Below, in pieces: positions 16,762-26,596 of a stretch of 64,000 nt of DNA. Source of the stretch: Chloroflexota bacterium. Lineage in GTDB: Bacteria > Chloroflexota > Limnocylindria > Limnocylindrales > CSP1-4. Under the pieces are notes generated by a model that was not told the origin of the DNA, did no database searches, and was given only the letters and a program-made list of their open reading frames with translations. The stretch's first letter is position 1, and each line of letters begins with the position of its first letter. Position numbers and translations under genes: made by a program. The stretch spans positions 1,337 to 65,336 of the forward strand of contig JBDTOJ010000047.1 in the NCBI GenBank assembly GCA_039933295.1. Direction: 5' to 3'.

Positions 16762-17910
16762 ATGATTATTCGTAAAGCAGCGGTCCTCGCGGCCGCAGCC
16801 GCGATGGTATTCGCGGCCTGTTCAAGTGGCGGTGGAGGCACTGCCGCTCCGACCGGCGTGACGGCCAAGGATTGCACCGTTGGCGTGTCCTGGAACAACT
16901 TCCAGCAGCCCCGATGGGCCGCTCATGACGAGCCAAACCTGAAGAAGACCGTCGAAGACGCAGGCGGCAAGTACATCTCCGCCGACGCGAACCTCAGCAG
17001 CGAGCAGCAGCTGACCGACGTCGACACGATGATCTCGAAGGGCGCCAAGGTCCTTGTCCTGCTCGCGCAGGACGGGAAGGCCATCCTTCCGGCCCTCAAG
17101 AAGGCCGCTGACGCTGGTATCCCCGTCATCGCCTACGACCGCCTGATCGAGGATCCGAGCATCCTCTACATCACGTTCGACAACGTCCTCGTCGGCAAGG
17201 CCGAGGCGGACGCGATCATCGCCAAGGTGCCGAAGGGCAACTACGTCCTGATCAAGGGCGACCAGGGTGATGCCAACGCCTCCACGTTCCTGCCGATGGG
17301 CTGGGACCAGGCCGGGCTCAAGGACAAGGTCGCCTCCGGCGACATTAAGATCCTCAACGGCCCGGACGGCACGTACACCGACGGCTGGAAGACCGAGAAG
17401 GCCCAGTCGAACATGGAAGCGATCATCGACAAGGCTGTCTCGGACAACACGAAGATCGATGCCATCCTGGCTGAGAACGACAGCACGGCCCTCGGTGTCG
17501 TCGCTGCGCTCACGGCCAAGAGCTACGGCTACCCGCCCCTGAGCGGCCAGGACGGCGATCCCGCCAACCTGAACAACGTCGCGCTCGGCAAGCAGTACGT
17601 CGACGTCTTCAAGAACGCCAATGAGCTCGGCAAGGCCGCCGGTGCGGCTGCGATCGCGCTCTGTAACGGCACGAAGATGGCCGACCTCAAGCTCCCCGAT
17701 GGCCTGATCGACGCGTCCGTCGCTCCGGTCCCGGGACTTGCGGCACAGCCGTTCACGACCCCGGGTGGGGTCAAGGTGACCTCGTTCATCCTGCAGCCGA
17801 CCCCCCTCACTGCGGATACGCTGCAGAAGGCTATCGATGCCGGTCAGATCAGCAAGGCTGATCTCTGCAAGGGCGTCGACGCCGCAACGGCGCCGGCAGC
17901 CTGCAAGTAG
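16762..17910 (+). CDS. xylF: D-xylose-type (CUT2) ABC transporter substrate-binding lipoprotein
   Basis: Lipobox signal MIIRKAAVLAAAAAMVFAAC, then a PBP1 sugar-binding pattern (VGVSWNNFQQPRW...GAKVLVLLAQDG...GIPVIAYDRLI). AGGAGGAG lies upstream of ATG 16762. The longer track ORF from 16621 adds a non-signal extension. Confidence 0.85.
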   Translation: MIIRKAAVLAAAAAMVFAACSSGGGGTAAPTGVTAKDCTVGVSWNNFQQPRWAAHDEPNLKKTVEDAGGKYISADANLSSEQQLTDVDTMISKGAKVLVLLAQDGKAILPALKKAADAGIPVIAYDRLIEDPSILYITFDNVLVGKAEADAIIAKVPKGNYVLIKGDQGDANASTFLPMGWDQAGLKDKVASGDIKILNGPDGTYTDGWKTEKAQSNMEAIIDKAVSDNTKIDAILAENDSTALGVVAALTAKSYGYPPLSGQDGDPANLNNVALGKQYVDVFKNANELGKAAGAAAIALCNGTKMADLKLPDGLIDASVAPVPGLAAQPFTTPGGVKVTSFILQPTPLTADTLQKAIDAGQISKADLCKGVDAATAPAACK

Positions 17911-17941
17911 CGGTCTTCGGCCGCTAGACCAGTCAGTCACC

Positions 17942-17970
17942 AGCGCCCCCGGGATCCTCCTGGGGGCGCT
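17942..17970 (+). promoter_or_regulatory. GC-rich stem-loop between xylF and xylH (9-bp stem AGCGCCCCC / GGGGGCGCT)
   Basis: agcgcccccgggatcctcctgggggcgct followed by aatcttta. This is likely an attenuator or mRNA-stabilising hairpin distal to the binding-protein gene. Confidence 0.55.
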
Positions 17971-18000
17971 AATCTTTACCTCAGGTCGAGGAGAGCCGTC

Positions 18001-19323
18001 GTGACGAATACCGCCGACGCGACATCGGGTTCCGCAAAGGCACCGCCAGGGCGACGGTCGATACGAGGCCTCGTCGCTCAGACCGAGGTAGACCTCCGGC
18101 TCTTTGGCATGCTCGTCGCCCTCGGGGCAATCCTGCTGGTCTTCAACATCCTGAGCGGCGGCAAGTTCTTCCAGCCAACGAACATGATCACGTTGGCTGT
18201 TCAGGCCTCCGGTGTAGCGGTCATCGCCACCGGCATGGTCCTCGTGATCGTTTCACGCAACATCGATCTGTCGGTCGGGTCGCTCGTCGGCCTCATCGCG
18301 ATGAGCTACGCGCTGCTGATGACCGACTGGATGCCGAACCTGCTGGGGATGGGTCCGGACTTTCCATTCCGGTGGGCCATCGCACTCGGTCTCGGCATCG
18401 GCCTCGGCGCTCTGGTGGGCGCCATCCAGGGCTTCATCATCGCCTACGTCGGCGTGCCCTCGTTCATCGTGACCCTGGGCGGGCTGCTGTCGATCAGGGG
18501 CATCGTCTGGTACCTCTCGAGCGGCGCCGCGGTGTCAGGCCTCGATCCGACGTTCCAGCTCATTGGCGGCGGCGCGGAGGGATCGATCGGCGGCACGCTC
18601 ACCTGGGGCGTCGGCATCGCCGGTTGTCTCGCCATCGTGGGTCTCCTGTTCAACGGGAGGCGCCAGCGTCGGCGGTTCGACTTTCCGCTCCGGCCGATGT
18701 GGGCGGAGGTCCTGCTGGGCGTGGTCGGCTGCGTCGCGATGATCGGCGTGGCCGCGTTCGCCAACGCGAACCTCTGGCCAGTGGGACTCGCCAACCGGAT
18801 CGCCCGCGAACAGAACTGGGGTCCTGAGCCAGCGGGTGGCTGGATGATCCCGACCGGGTTTCCGGATCCGATCATCCTCCTGATCGGCGTGACCATTGTC
18901 ATGACCGTGATCGCGACGAGGCGCCGCTTTGGCCGCTACGTCTACGCATTCGGCGGTAACCCGGACGCGGCGGACCTCGCGGGCATCAACACCCGGATGA
19001 CGATCCTCAAGACCTACGTCCTGATGGGAATCCTCTGCGCGCTGGCGGCCGCGATCGCCTCGGCTCGGCTGAACGGGGCGACCCTCGACGTCGGGCAGAG
19101 CTACGAGCTCTACGTGATCGCCGCCGCCGTGGTGGGCGGGACGTCCTTCGCGGGCGGGATCGGCACCATCCCAGGCGCCGTCATTGGCGCGTTCGTCATG
19201 CAGTCACTGGCCTATGGGCTCAGTTTCATGGGCGTCAACGCACCCGGCCAGAACGTGGTGGCCGGCATCGTGCTGATCGTTGCGGTCGGCTTCGACACCT
19301 TCAACCGCCGGCGCGGTTCGTGA
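18001..19323 (+). CDS. xylH: sugar (xylose-type) ABC transporter permease
   Basis: 440 aa, multi-TM, CUT2-type permease pattern (IDLSVGS...GVPSFIVTLG...GGTSFAGGIGTIPG). GTG start is preceded by GAGGAG. Confidence 0.8.
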   Translation: MTNTADATSGSAKAPPGRRSIRGLVAQTEVDLRLFGMLVALGAILLVFNILSGGKFFQPTNMITLAVQASGVAVIATGMVLVIVSRNIDLSVGSLVGLIAMSYALLMTDWMPNLLGMGPDFPFRWAIALGLGIGLGALVGAIQGFIIAYVGVPSFIVTLGGLLSIRGIVWYLSSGAAVSGLDPTFQLIGGGAEGSIGGTLTWGVGIAGCLAIVGLLFNGRRQRRRFDFPLRPMWAEVLLGVVGCVAMIGVAAFANANLWPVGLANRIAREQNWGPEPAGGWMIPTGFPDPIILLIGVTIVMTVIATRRRFGRYVYAFGGNPDAADLAGINTRMTILKTYVLMGILCALAAAIASARLNGATLDVGQSYELYVIAAAVVGGTSFAGGIGTIPGAVIGAFVMQSLAYGLSFMGVNAPGQNVVAGIVLIVAVGFDTFNRRRGS

Positions 19324-19343
19324 GCGGCAAGGAGGGCTGACCT

Positions 19344-20138
<795 letters not shown>

Positions 20139-20151
20139 ACGCGTCCGGGCT

Positions 20152-21636
20152 TCACGCTCGGTGGAAGGTCGGCGCGAGAGCAGGGTAGAGGTCTCGATAG
20201 GCGATGTGCGCCTCGGCATACGACCAGCGCCCTGGGCCGGGGCTTGCCGCCGGTGCTATCCGCACCATGGCCGCTGTCGCTGACGACACGTCCGGAAACC
20301 AGCCAGCGCCAACGGCACCGAGCACGGCCGCACCGAATGCCGCCCCTTCCGTCGTCGACGGGATCGACAGCTCCGCATCAAGGACATCCGCGAGGATCTG
20401 ACGCCACGTGGCGCTCGCCAGGCCGCCGCCCGATGCCCGGATCCGGGTTGGAGCCGGCATGCCTGCCCCGATCATCAGGTCGAGCCCGTCCCGCAGGCCG
20501 AAGGCGACCCCCTCGAGGACCGCCCGCGTCAGGTGACGGCGGTCGTGCTGGAGCGTCAGCCCCACGAACGCTCCTCGCGCCAGCGGGTCTGCGTGGGGAC
20601 TCCGTTCGCCCGTCAGGTAGGGCAGGAAGAACAGTCCGTCCGTTGCCGCGCGGACGTCATCGGCGCCCGCTGCCAGATCGCCGAAGGCCGACTCCGGCGC
20701 GACGGTATCGCGGAACCAGCGCAGGCTCCCGGCCGCCGACAGCATCACCGACATGAGGTGCCAGCGCTCGGGGACCGCGTGGCAGAAGGCATGAACGCGG
20801 CCGGCAGGCTCGTGAATCGGGGACCGGGTCGCGGCAAAGATCACCCCCGAGGTTCCCAGAGACAGCGCGACCGTGCCCTCATCCACGACACCGACACCAA
20901 CAGCATTGGCTGCCTGATCGCCGCCACCCGCGACGACCGGGGTCCCGGCGCTGAGCCCGGTGGCGGCGGCAGCCGACTCGGTCAGCGCGCCCGTGATCGA
21001 CGGGCCCTCATGCGTCGCGGGGAACAGGGCCGCGTCCAGGTCCAGGGCGCCGAGGACCTCCGATGACCAGTCCCGTGCCGCGAGATCGAAGAGGAGGGTC
21101 CCGGAGCCGTCCGCCTTGTCCATGGCGTAGTCACCGGTCAGTCGCAGGCGGAGGTAGTCCTTCGGCAGCAGCACATGCCGCACGCGCGCCCAGATGTCCG
21201 GCTCGTGGCGGCGGACCCAGAGAAGTTTTGGCGCGGTCAGGCCGGTGATCGCGTCATTGCCGGTGACCTCGATCAGACGCTCCGCGCCGACCCGGGTCCG
21301 GATCTCGTCACACTCGGTGGCGGTCCGCTGATCGTTCCACAGGATCGCGGGACGGAGGACCTTGGCATCCCCATCGAGCAGGACGGCACCATGCATCTGC
21401 CCGGTGAGCCCGACCGCCTCGATGTCCCCGCCCGTGGCGTCTGTTGAGGCAAGGAGGGACCGGAGCGCCGTCTGGAGTCCGTCCCACCAGGAGGCGGGAT
21501 CCTGCTCGCTCCAGAGGGGGTGCGGGCTCTGAACGCCGTACTCGGCCGTGCCGATCCCCGCGACGCGGCCGTCCTGATCGATCAGGACGGCCTTGATGGC
21601 GGTCGTCGAGACATCGATCCCGACAACGAACCCCAC
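20152..21636 (-). CDS. xylB: xylulokinase (FGGY carbohydrate kinase)
   Basis: MGFVVGIDVSTTAIKAVLID, GLTGQMHGAVLLD and GGGDQAANAVGVG. It lies 3 nt downstream of xylA. Confidence 0.85.
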   Translation of the reverse strand: MGFVVGIDVSTTAIKAVLIDQDGRVAGIGTAEYGVQSPHPLWSEQDPASWWDGLQTALRSLLASTDATGGDIEAVGLTGQMHGAVLLDGDAKVLRPAILWNDQRTATECDEIRTRVGAERLIEVTGNDAITGLTAPKLLWVRRHEPDIWARVRHVLLPKDYLRLRLTGDYAMDKADGSGTLLFDLAARDWSSEVLGALDLDAALFPATHEGPSITGALTESAAAATGLSAGTPVVAGGGDQAANAVGVGVVDEGTVALSLGTSGVIFAATRSPIHEPAGRVHAFCHAVPERWHLMSVMLSAAGSLRWFRDTVAPESAFGDLAAGADDVRAATDGLFFLPYLTGERSPHADPLARGAFVGLTLQHDRRHLTRAVLEGVAFGLRDGLDLMIGAGMPAPTRIRASGGGLASATWRQILADVLDAELSIPSTTEGAAFGAAVLGAVGAGWFPDVSSATAAMVRIAPAASPGPGRWSYAEAHIAYRDLYPALAPTFHRA

Positions 21637-21639
21637 GGG

Positions 21640-23001
21640 TCAGTCGCTCTTCGAGGTCGGCGAGCCCGCGTCGGTTGCCCAGATCGCTCCGTTGACGACG
21701 TTCTCGAGGTACTCCTGTCGTCCGGAGACCGGGCTGGGATCGATGTCGCCCTTGAGCACCGCAGCCGCAAGGGATTCGAGGGTTGCGGATCCGTCGGTCA
21801 CCGAGCGACCAAGGTCGCCCTGCCAGCCGGCGTAGCGAGCCTCGCGGCTTGCCTCGATGGCGCCTCCCTCGATCATCGTTGCGGCCACGAGCAGTGACCG
21901 GGCCAGCGTGTCGATGCCCCCGATGTGGGCATGGAACAGGTCCAGCCGGTCCATGCTCTGGCGGCGGAGCTTGGTATCGAAGTTGAACCCGCCGGTGGTG
22001 AAGCCGCCGGCACCCAGGATCTCGTACAGCGCCAGCGACAGCTCATCGACCGAGTTGGGGAACTGGTCCGTGTCCCAGCCGTTTTGGTAGTCGCCGCGGT
22101 TGGCATCGATGCTCCCGAACAGGCCGAGCGCGATGGAGGTCGCGATCTCGTGCTGGAAACTGTGACCGGCGAGGGTCGCGTGGTTCGCCTCGAGGTTGGT
22201 CCCGTACTCGCTTTCGAGGCCGTGCCTGGCGAGGAAGCCGTAGACCGTCGCGGAGTCGTAGTCGTACTGATGCTTGGTGGGCTCCTGCGGCTTGGGCTCC
22301 AGTAGCAGTTTGCCGGTGAATCCGATCCGGGCCTTATGTTCGGCAACCATGCCCAGGAACCGGCCGAGCTGCTGCTCTTCTCGCTTGAGGTCCGTGTTGA
22401 GGAGTGTCTCGTACCCCTCGCGGCCACCCCACAGGACGTAGTTCGTCCCGCCGAGTCGCTTCGTGACCTCGAGCATGACCTTCACCTGGGCCGCCGCGTA
22501 CGCGAAGACCTCGGGGTCAGGGTTGGTCGCGGCGCCGGCAGCGTAGCGCGGATGGCTGAACAGGTTGGCCGTGCCCCACAGCAGGCGGACGCCGGTCCGG
22601 GCCATGTGCGCCTCAGCCTCGTCGGCGATCGCGTGCAGGTTCGCAGTGGCCTCGGCGAAGGTAGCGCCATCGGGCGCGATATCCCGATCGTGGAACGTGT
22701 AGAACGGCGTACCGAGCTTCTCGAAGAACTCGAACGCGGCCGAGAGTTTCAGGCGCGCGGCGGCCATCGGCTCCATCGAGGGGGCCAGCCACGGGCGGTC
22801 GAATGTTCCGACGCCGAAGACATCGGACCCGGGCCAGTTGAACGAGTGCCAATAGCAGACGGCGACGCGGAGGTGTTCCTCCATTCGCTTGCCAAGCACG
22901 ATTCGGTCGGCCTGGTACACCTTGTAGGCCAGCGGATCGTCGGATCCTATTCCCCCGAACGGGATGCGACCAGTAACCTGGGGGAAGAATTCCTGCGCCA
23001 T
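21640..23001 (-). CDS. xylA: xylose isomerase, class II (long form)
   Basis: Near-colinear by eye with class II enzymes: [115 protein letters not shown]. Confidence 0.95.
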   Translation of the reverse strand: MAQEFFPQVTGRIPFGGIGSDDPLAYKVYQADRIVLGKRMEEHLRVAVCYWHSFNWPGSDVFGVGTFDRPWLAPSMEPMAAARLKLSAAFEFFEKLGTPFYTFHDRDIAPDGATFAEATANLHAIADEAEAHMARTGVRLLWGTANLFSHPRYAAGAATNPDPEVFAYAAAQVKVMLEVTKRLGGTNYVLWGGREGYETLLNTDLKREEQQLGRFLGMVAEHKARIGFTGKLLLEPKPQEPTKHQYDYDSATVYGFLARHGLESEYGTNLEANHATLAGHSFQHEIATSIALGLFGSIDANRGDYQNGWDTDQFPNSVDELSLALYEILGAGGFTTGGFNFDTKLRRQSMDRLDLFHAHIGGIDTLARSLLVAATMIEGGAIEASREARYAGWQGDLGRSVTDGSATLESLAAAVLKGDIDPSPVSGRQEYLENVVNGAIWATDAGSPTSKSD

Positions 23002-23066
23002 CCGTCAGCCCTCCGCGCCGATTGGGTTCGTCGGTTTCGTTGGTAGGAGGCGGAGCCTACCATATG

Positions 23067-23087
23067 TTTGTGCAGCACAAGCACAAA
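23067..23087. promoter_or_regulatory. palindrome cluster TTTGTGC-A-GCACAA-GCACAAA upstream of xylA, candidate xyl operator
   Basis: tttgtgcagcacaagcacaaa. TTGTGC-a-GCACAA (23068-23080) is a perfect palindrome and a further GCACAAA half-site follows. It sits in an AT-richer patch 66-86 nt upstream of the xylA start. Confidence 0.45.
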
Positions 23088-23116
23088 TCATCCGAGTCGT
23101 CGATCGGCGGGTCGGA

Positions 23117-24334
23117 TCAACCCGCCGCGTCCACCGCCGCAAGGTAGCGCGGATCGTCGCGCCGGATCGCATCGGGGTTGACGCCCCGCTGTATCGCCAG
23201 TTGCTCCGCGAGCCGCTGCAGCGGGATCGCTGTCCCGATGAGCGCAGCAGCCGCACCATCGAATCCAGCCTCATCGGGAATGAGGGCACGACCGGCAGGC
23301 GTGAGATCGACATCGATCTCGCCGGCAACGACCGCAGACCCGATCAGACCGACCGAGATGCCGAGCTCGCGGCAGGCGCGCAACAGCCCGAGGGCCCGAG
23401 CGGTCCGTGGTCCGCGTGCCGCAGCGTCGGCGAGAATCAGCACGAGGCCGGTATCGGCCCCTGTTCCGGCCAGGTGCCCGTGGAGCATGGTCTCGAGGTC
23501 ACGCATGGAGGACGGGATCTGTGCCCCTTCCTCCACCTTGAGGGTGAGTTCACGCGCCGCGATGCGATCGATGCCGCTCCCGATCATCACGAGGTGCTGG
23601 CGCCCGGACAGGCGCTCGGCCATGCCCGCCAGGGCAGCCGTGGTACCCGCCGCGAGGCCGGCACCCAGCAGGTTTCGTGCATCGGCCGGTACGACGGACG
23701 CCCCGGTCAGGTGGCCGGCAACCGCGATACCGACGAGGATTGGCGACAGGTACCCGACGGTGTGGCACCAGCTCTGGTCCATCTCCTCCGTCGCGACGGC
23801 GATATCGGCGAAGACACCGCCCGGGGAGCCGGCGGCGGCCGTGATCATCGCGACGGTCGATCCGGTCTCGCGCGCTGCGCTCATCGCGCGATAGGTCGCC
23901 TTGGTGCCGCCTTCATGGCTCACGCCGATGACGACCGCGCCCGGCCCGCCCAGCGCGGGCTCGAGACCCCCTTCGAATGCCTGCGCGGCAATCGGGGAAC
24001 CGCCGACGCCGAGCTCGGACGGCAGCCCGATGGCGCGGTGGGCATCCCGCAGGATCTCGGCGACGGCCACGGCGCCATGCTCACTCGTACCGCAGCCGAC
24101 GACGATGATCGGGCGCCCGGCGCCCGCCGCGGCCCGGATCGCAATCGCAAGATCAAGCGCCGGACCGGGTCCAGCGAGACGGGTCAGGACACGCTCCGCG
24201 AGCGCGGGTTCCGCCTCGATCATCTCGGTCAGGTGGTAGGGGACCCCGGACCGAGGACTCGGCATCTCGGAACCGACCCAGGGGTCGGGGGCAGGTGGGA
24301 GCGGAAGGTTGGGATCGAGACGTCGGTCATGCAT
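23117..24334 (-). CDS. tandem SIS-domain phosphosugar isomerase/binding protein (GlmS C-terminal-like, no amidotransferase domain)
   Basis: Two SIS modules: IIVVGCGTSEHGA...VIGVSHEGGT and LVMIGSGIDRIAAREL. Confidence 0.7.
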   Translation of the reverse strand: MHDRRLDPNLPLPPAPDPWVGSEMPSPRSGVPYHLTEMIEAEPALAERVLTRLAGPGPALDLAIAIRAAAGAGRPIIVVGCGTSEHGAVAVAEILRDAHRAIGLPSELGVGGSPIAAQAFEGGLEPALGGPGAVVIGVSHEGGTKATYRAMSAARETGSTVAMITAAAGSPGGVFADIAVATEEMDQSWCHTVGYLSPILVGIAVAGHLTGASVVPADARNLLGAGLAAGTTAALAGMAERLSGRQHLVMIGSGIDRIAARELTLKVEEGAQIPSSMRDLETMLHGHLAGTGADTGLVLILADAAARGPRTARALGLLRACRELGISVGLIGSAVVAGEIDVDLTPAGRALIPDEAGFDGAAAALIGTAIPLQRLAEQLAIQRGVNPDAIRRDDPRYLAAVDAAG

Positions 24335-24406
24335 GAACCGAGGATACGAGGGCTGCGGTGCGGCTGCCGGTTCGGCCCGGCGCGCGCGACGCTGGGCGCC
24401 GTCCGG

Positions 24407-24871
24407 TCACGCGCTGGGCTGCCGCCGGATCCTGCCAATTCGTCCCCACGGTCCGTAGCGGAACCAAACACGACCCACGAGCAGTTCCACCGGAACGGGT
24501 CCAAACCGATCCGAATCGATGGGTGCGCCGAACCCGGCATCCGCAGCGATGCTCGGCGACGCATCAGCCTCGAGCCACGCCTCACCTTCGCTCAGCGCGA
24601 TGTAGCCGCCATTGAACGGAACCCGCTCGCCGGCACGGGCACGAACCCGTTTGATGGCAAGTTCAGCCGAGACCGGTTCGCGGAAGACCACGACGCTTCC
24701 GTTCGGTGGCCAGGCGCGGGTCGTCGGATCGATCAGGAGCCAGTCACCCGGAGCAATCCCGGGCAGCATCGAAGCTTCCTCCACCACGACCCGCCACGGC
24801 CCCCGCAGCCGATCACGAAGCGACGATCGTCGCTCCGGTAGGCGCGCGGGATCGTCGAGCTCGCCGGTCAT
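24407..24871 (-). CDS. sodX: S26-family signal-peptidase-like protease, nickel-SOD maturation protease type
   Basis: VVVEEASMLPGIAPGDWLLI supplies the nucleophile Ser, LAIKRV the Lys, and DSDRFGPV is also present. It lies 46 nt downstream of sodN. I moved the start to ATG 24871; the longer ORF overlaps sodN. Confidence 0.75.
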   Translation of the reverse strand: MTGELDDPARLPERRSSLRDRLRGPWRVVVEEASMLPGIAPGDWLLIDPTTRAWPPNGSVVVFREPVSAELAIKRVRARAGERVPFNGGYIALSEGEAWLEADASPSIAADAGFGAPIDSDRFGPVPVELLVGRVWFRYGPWGRIGRIRRQPSA

Positions 24872-24917
24872 CGAGGATCTGGTGGGTGCCCCGGTCGAGA
24901 CCGCGGCACCCGCGAGA

Positions 24918-25358
24918 TCAGCCGGGTCGGCCGGCCACACGCGTCTTGGACGGGCCGCCGGTCGCCTTCCAGGCCGCGTCCACCTGGTCCACGAGATCGA
25001 GGAGCTGCTTGGCATCGGCGAGATCGGTCGAGGCCTTGACCTTCGAGACCTGCTTGGTCGCCTGCCAGAACAGGTCATGCAGATTCGGGACCGTCTCGAG
25101 GTGCTCGGGCTTGAAGTAGTCGTGCCACAGGACGTCGAGGTGATGCTTCACCAGGTCCGCCCGCTGCTCCTTGATGGCGACGGCGCGGGTCCGGTACGCG
25201 GCGTCCTCGTTGGCGGCGTACTTCTCGACGATGCGGTAGCACGACTCTGCCTCGATGCGGGCCTGCTCGGGGTCGTACACGCCACACGGGAGGTCGCAGT
25301 GGGCGCGGACAGTGGTCCGTGGTGCTGCGACGGAGCGGAGAATGTGGAGGATGGACAT
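24918..25358 (-). CDS. sodN: nickel-containing superoxide dismutase precursor
   Basis: The Ni-hook HCDLPCGVYDP is preceded by a 19-aa propeptide, MSILHILRSVAAPRTTVRA. GAAGGAG SD lies upstream of the ATG. Confidence 0.95.
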   Translation of the reverse strand: MSILHILRSVAAPRTTVRAHCDLPCGVYDPEQARIEAESCYRIVEKYAANEDAAYRTRAVAIKEQRADLVKHHLDVLWHDYFKPEHLETVPNLHDLFWQATKQVSKVKASTDLADAKQLLDLVDQVDAAWKATGGPSKTRVAGRPG

Positions 25359-25576
25359 GGGACTCCTTCGAGCTGCTGCGGACGGATCGTGTGCCCCTGA
25401 GTCTCCGGAGGCGAGCCGAGACTGTCAAACGCCACGCGGGATAGGTGACGACGGGCGATCCGGCCCGGTCTCGGTGAGCGCGTGCTGACACGGCCGGCGT
25501 GCGGGTCCAGACTGATGACCTGACAACAGCCGTCGAGCCAAATCGGGCCGACGCCATTAGCAAGCGAGGCAGTACG

Positions 25577-26596
25577 GTGCAGATCGGGCTCATCGGTCTT
25601 GGGCGCATGGGCGCCAACATGTCGCGGCGCTGGATCAACAACGGCCACTCGGTCGTCGGCTACGCGCGGACGCAGTCCACGGTCGACGGCCTCGTGGCCG
25701 ACAAGGCCATCTCAGAAGGCGCCACATCGCTCGAGGACCTCGTGGCTCGGCTCCCGGCGCCCCGGATTCTGTGGCTGATGGTGCCCGCGGCGGCCGTCGA
25801 TGCGACGCTCAAAGAGCTCGTTCCCCACCTTGGCAAGGGCGACGTCGTCATCGACGGCGGCAACTCCTGGTACGTCGATGACATTCGTCGCTCGAAGGAA
25901 CTGGCCCCCGGTGGGATCGCCTATGTCGACTGCGGCACGAGCGGCGGCGTGTGGGGCGAGAAGCGCGGCTACTGCCTGATGATCGGTGGCCCGACCGACG
26001 TCGTTGAGCGGCTCGACCCGTTCTTCCGTGCTTTGGCGCCGGGCGTCGAGGCTGCTCCCCGGACGCCCGGCCGGACCGGCAAGCCCGACCGCGCCGAGGA
26101 GGGCTACCTGCACTGCGGACCGGCGGGTGCCGGCCACTTCGTGAAGATGGTCCACAACGGCATTGAATACGGCGTGATGGCGGCCTATGCCGAGGGCCTC
26201 AACATCCTCAAGCATGCGGACGCGGGACTGCGCCAGCAGGAGGTTAATGCCGAGACCGCCCCGCTGCGTGACCCGGAGCATTACCAGTACGAACTTGACC
26301 TCGCCGCCGTAACCGAGGTCTGGCGGCGCGGCAGCGTCGTGGCCAGCTGGCTCCTCGACCTGACCGCGCAGGCGTTCCTCCAGTCACCCCAACTCGAGGG
26401 GTTCGCGGGCCGGGTCAGTGATTCCGGCGAAGGGCGCTGGACGAGCATGGCGGCCATCGACGTATCCGCCCCGGCGCCTGTCCTGACGACGGCCCTCTAC
26501 GAGCGGTTCACGTCACGGGGCGAGACCGACTTCGCGAACAAGGTCCTTTCGGCCATGCGCCTCGGGTTCGGGGGTCATCTGGAGAAGGGCGGATGA
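25577..26596 (+). CDS. gnd: 6-phosphogluconate dehydrogenase (decarboxylating), short form
   Basis: VQIGLIGLGRMGANMSRR Rossmann start, GGNSWY, GTSGGVWG, and HFVKMVHNGIEYG. GTG 25577 was chosen as start; the track ORF begins 78 nt earlier. Confidence 0.85.
   Translation: MQIGLIGLGRMGANMSRRWINNGHSVVGYARTQSTVDGLVADKAISEGATSLEDLVARLPAPRILWLMVPAAAVDATLKELVPHLGKGDVVIDGGNSWYVDDIRRSKELAPGGIAYVDCGTSGGVWGEKRGYCLMIGGPTDVVERLDPFFRALAPGVEAAPRTPGRTGKPDRAEEGYLHCGPAGAGHFVKMVHNGIEYGVMAAYAEGLNILKHADAGLRQQEVNAETAPLRDPEHYQYELDLAAVTEVWRRGSVVASWLLDLTAQAFLQSPQLEGFAGRVSDSGEGRWTSMAAIDVSAPAPVLTTALYERFTSRGETDFANKVLSAMRLGFGGHLEKGG

Noticed and set aside
16822-17940. 372-aa minus-strand ORF
   Set aside because: It is antisense to xylF, which has a lipobox signal and a PBP1 pattern. 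The composition is Arg/Asp/Gly-rich.
22964-24841. 625-aa plus-strand ORF, one of the longest in the track
   Set aside because: It runs antisense to the tandem-SIS gene and sodX. Its translation is Arg/Gly/Pro/Asp-rich with no recognisable motif, whereas the opposite strand encodes clear domain signatures. This is a typical high-GC shadow ORF.
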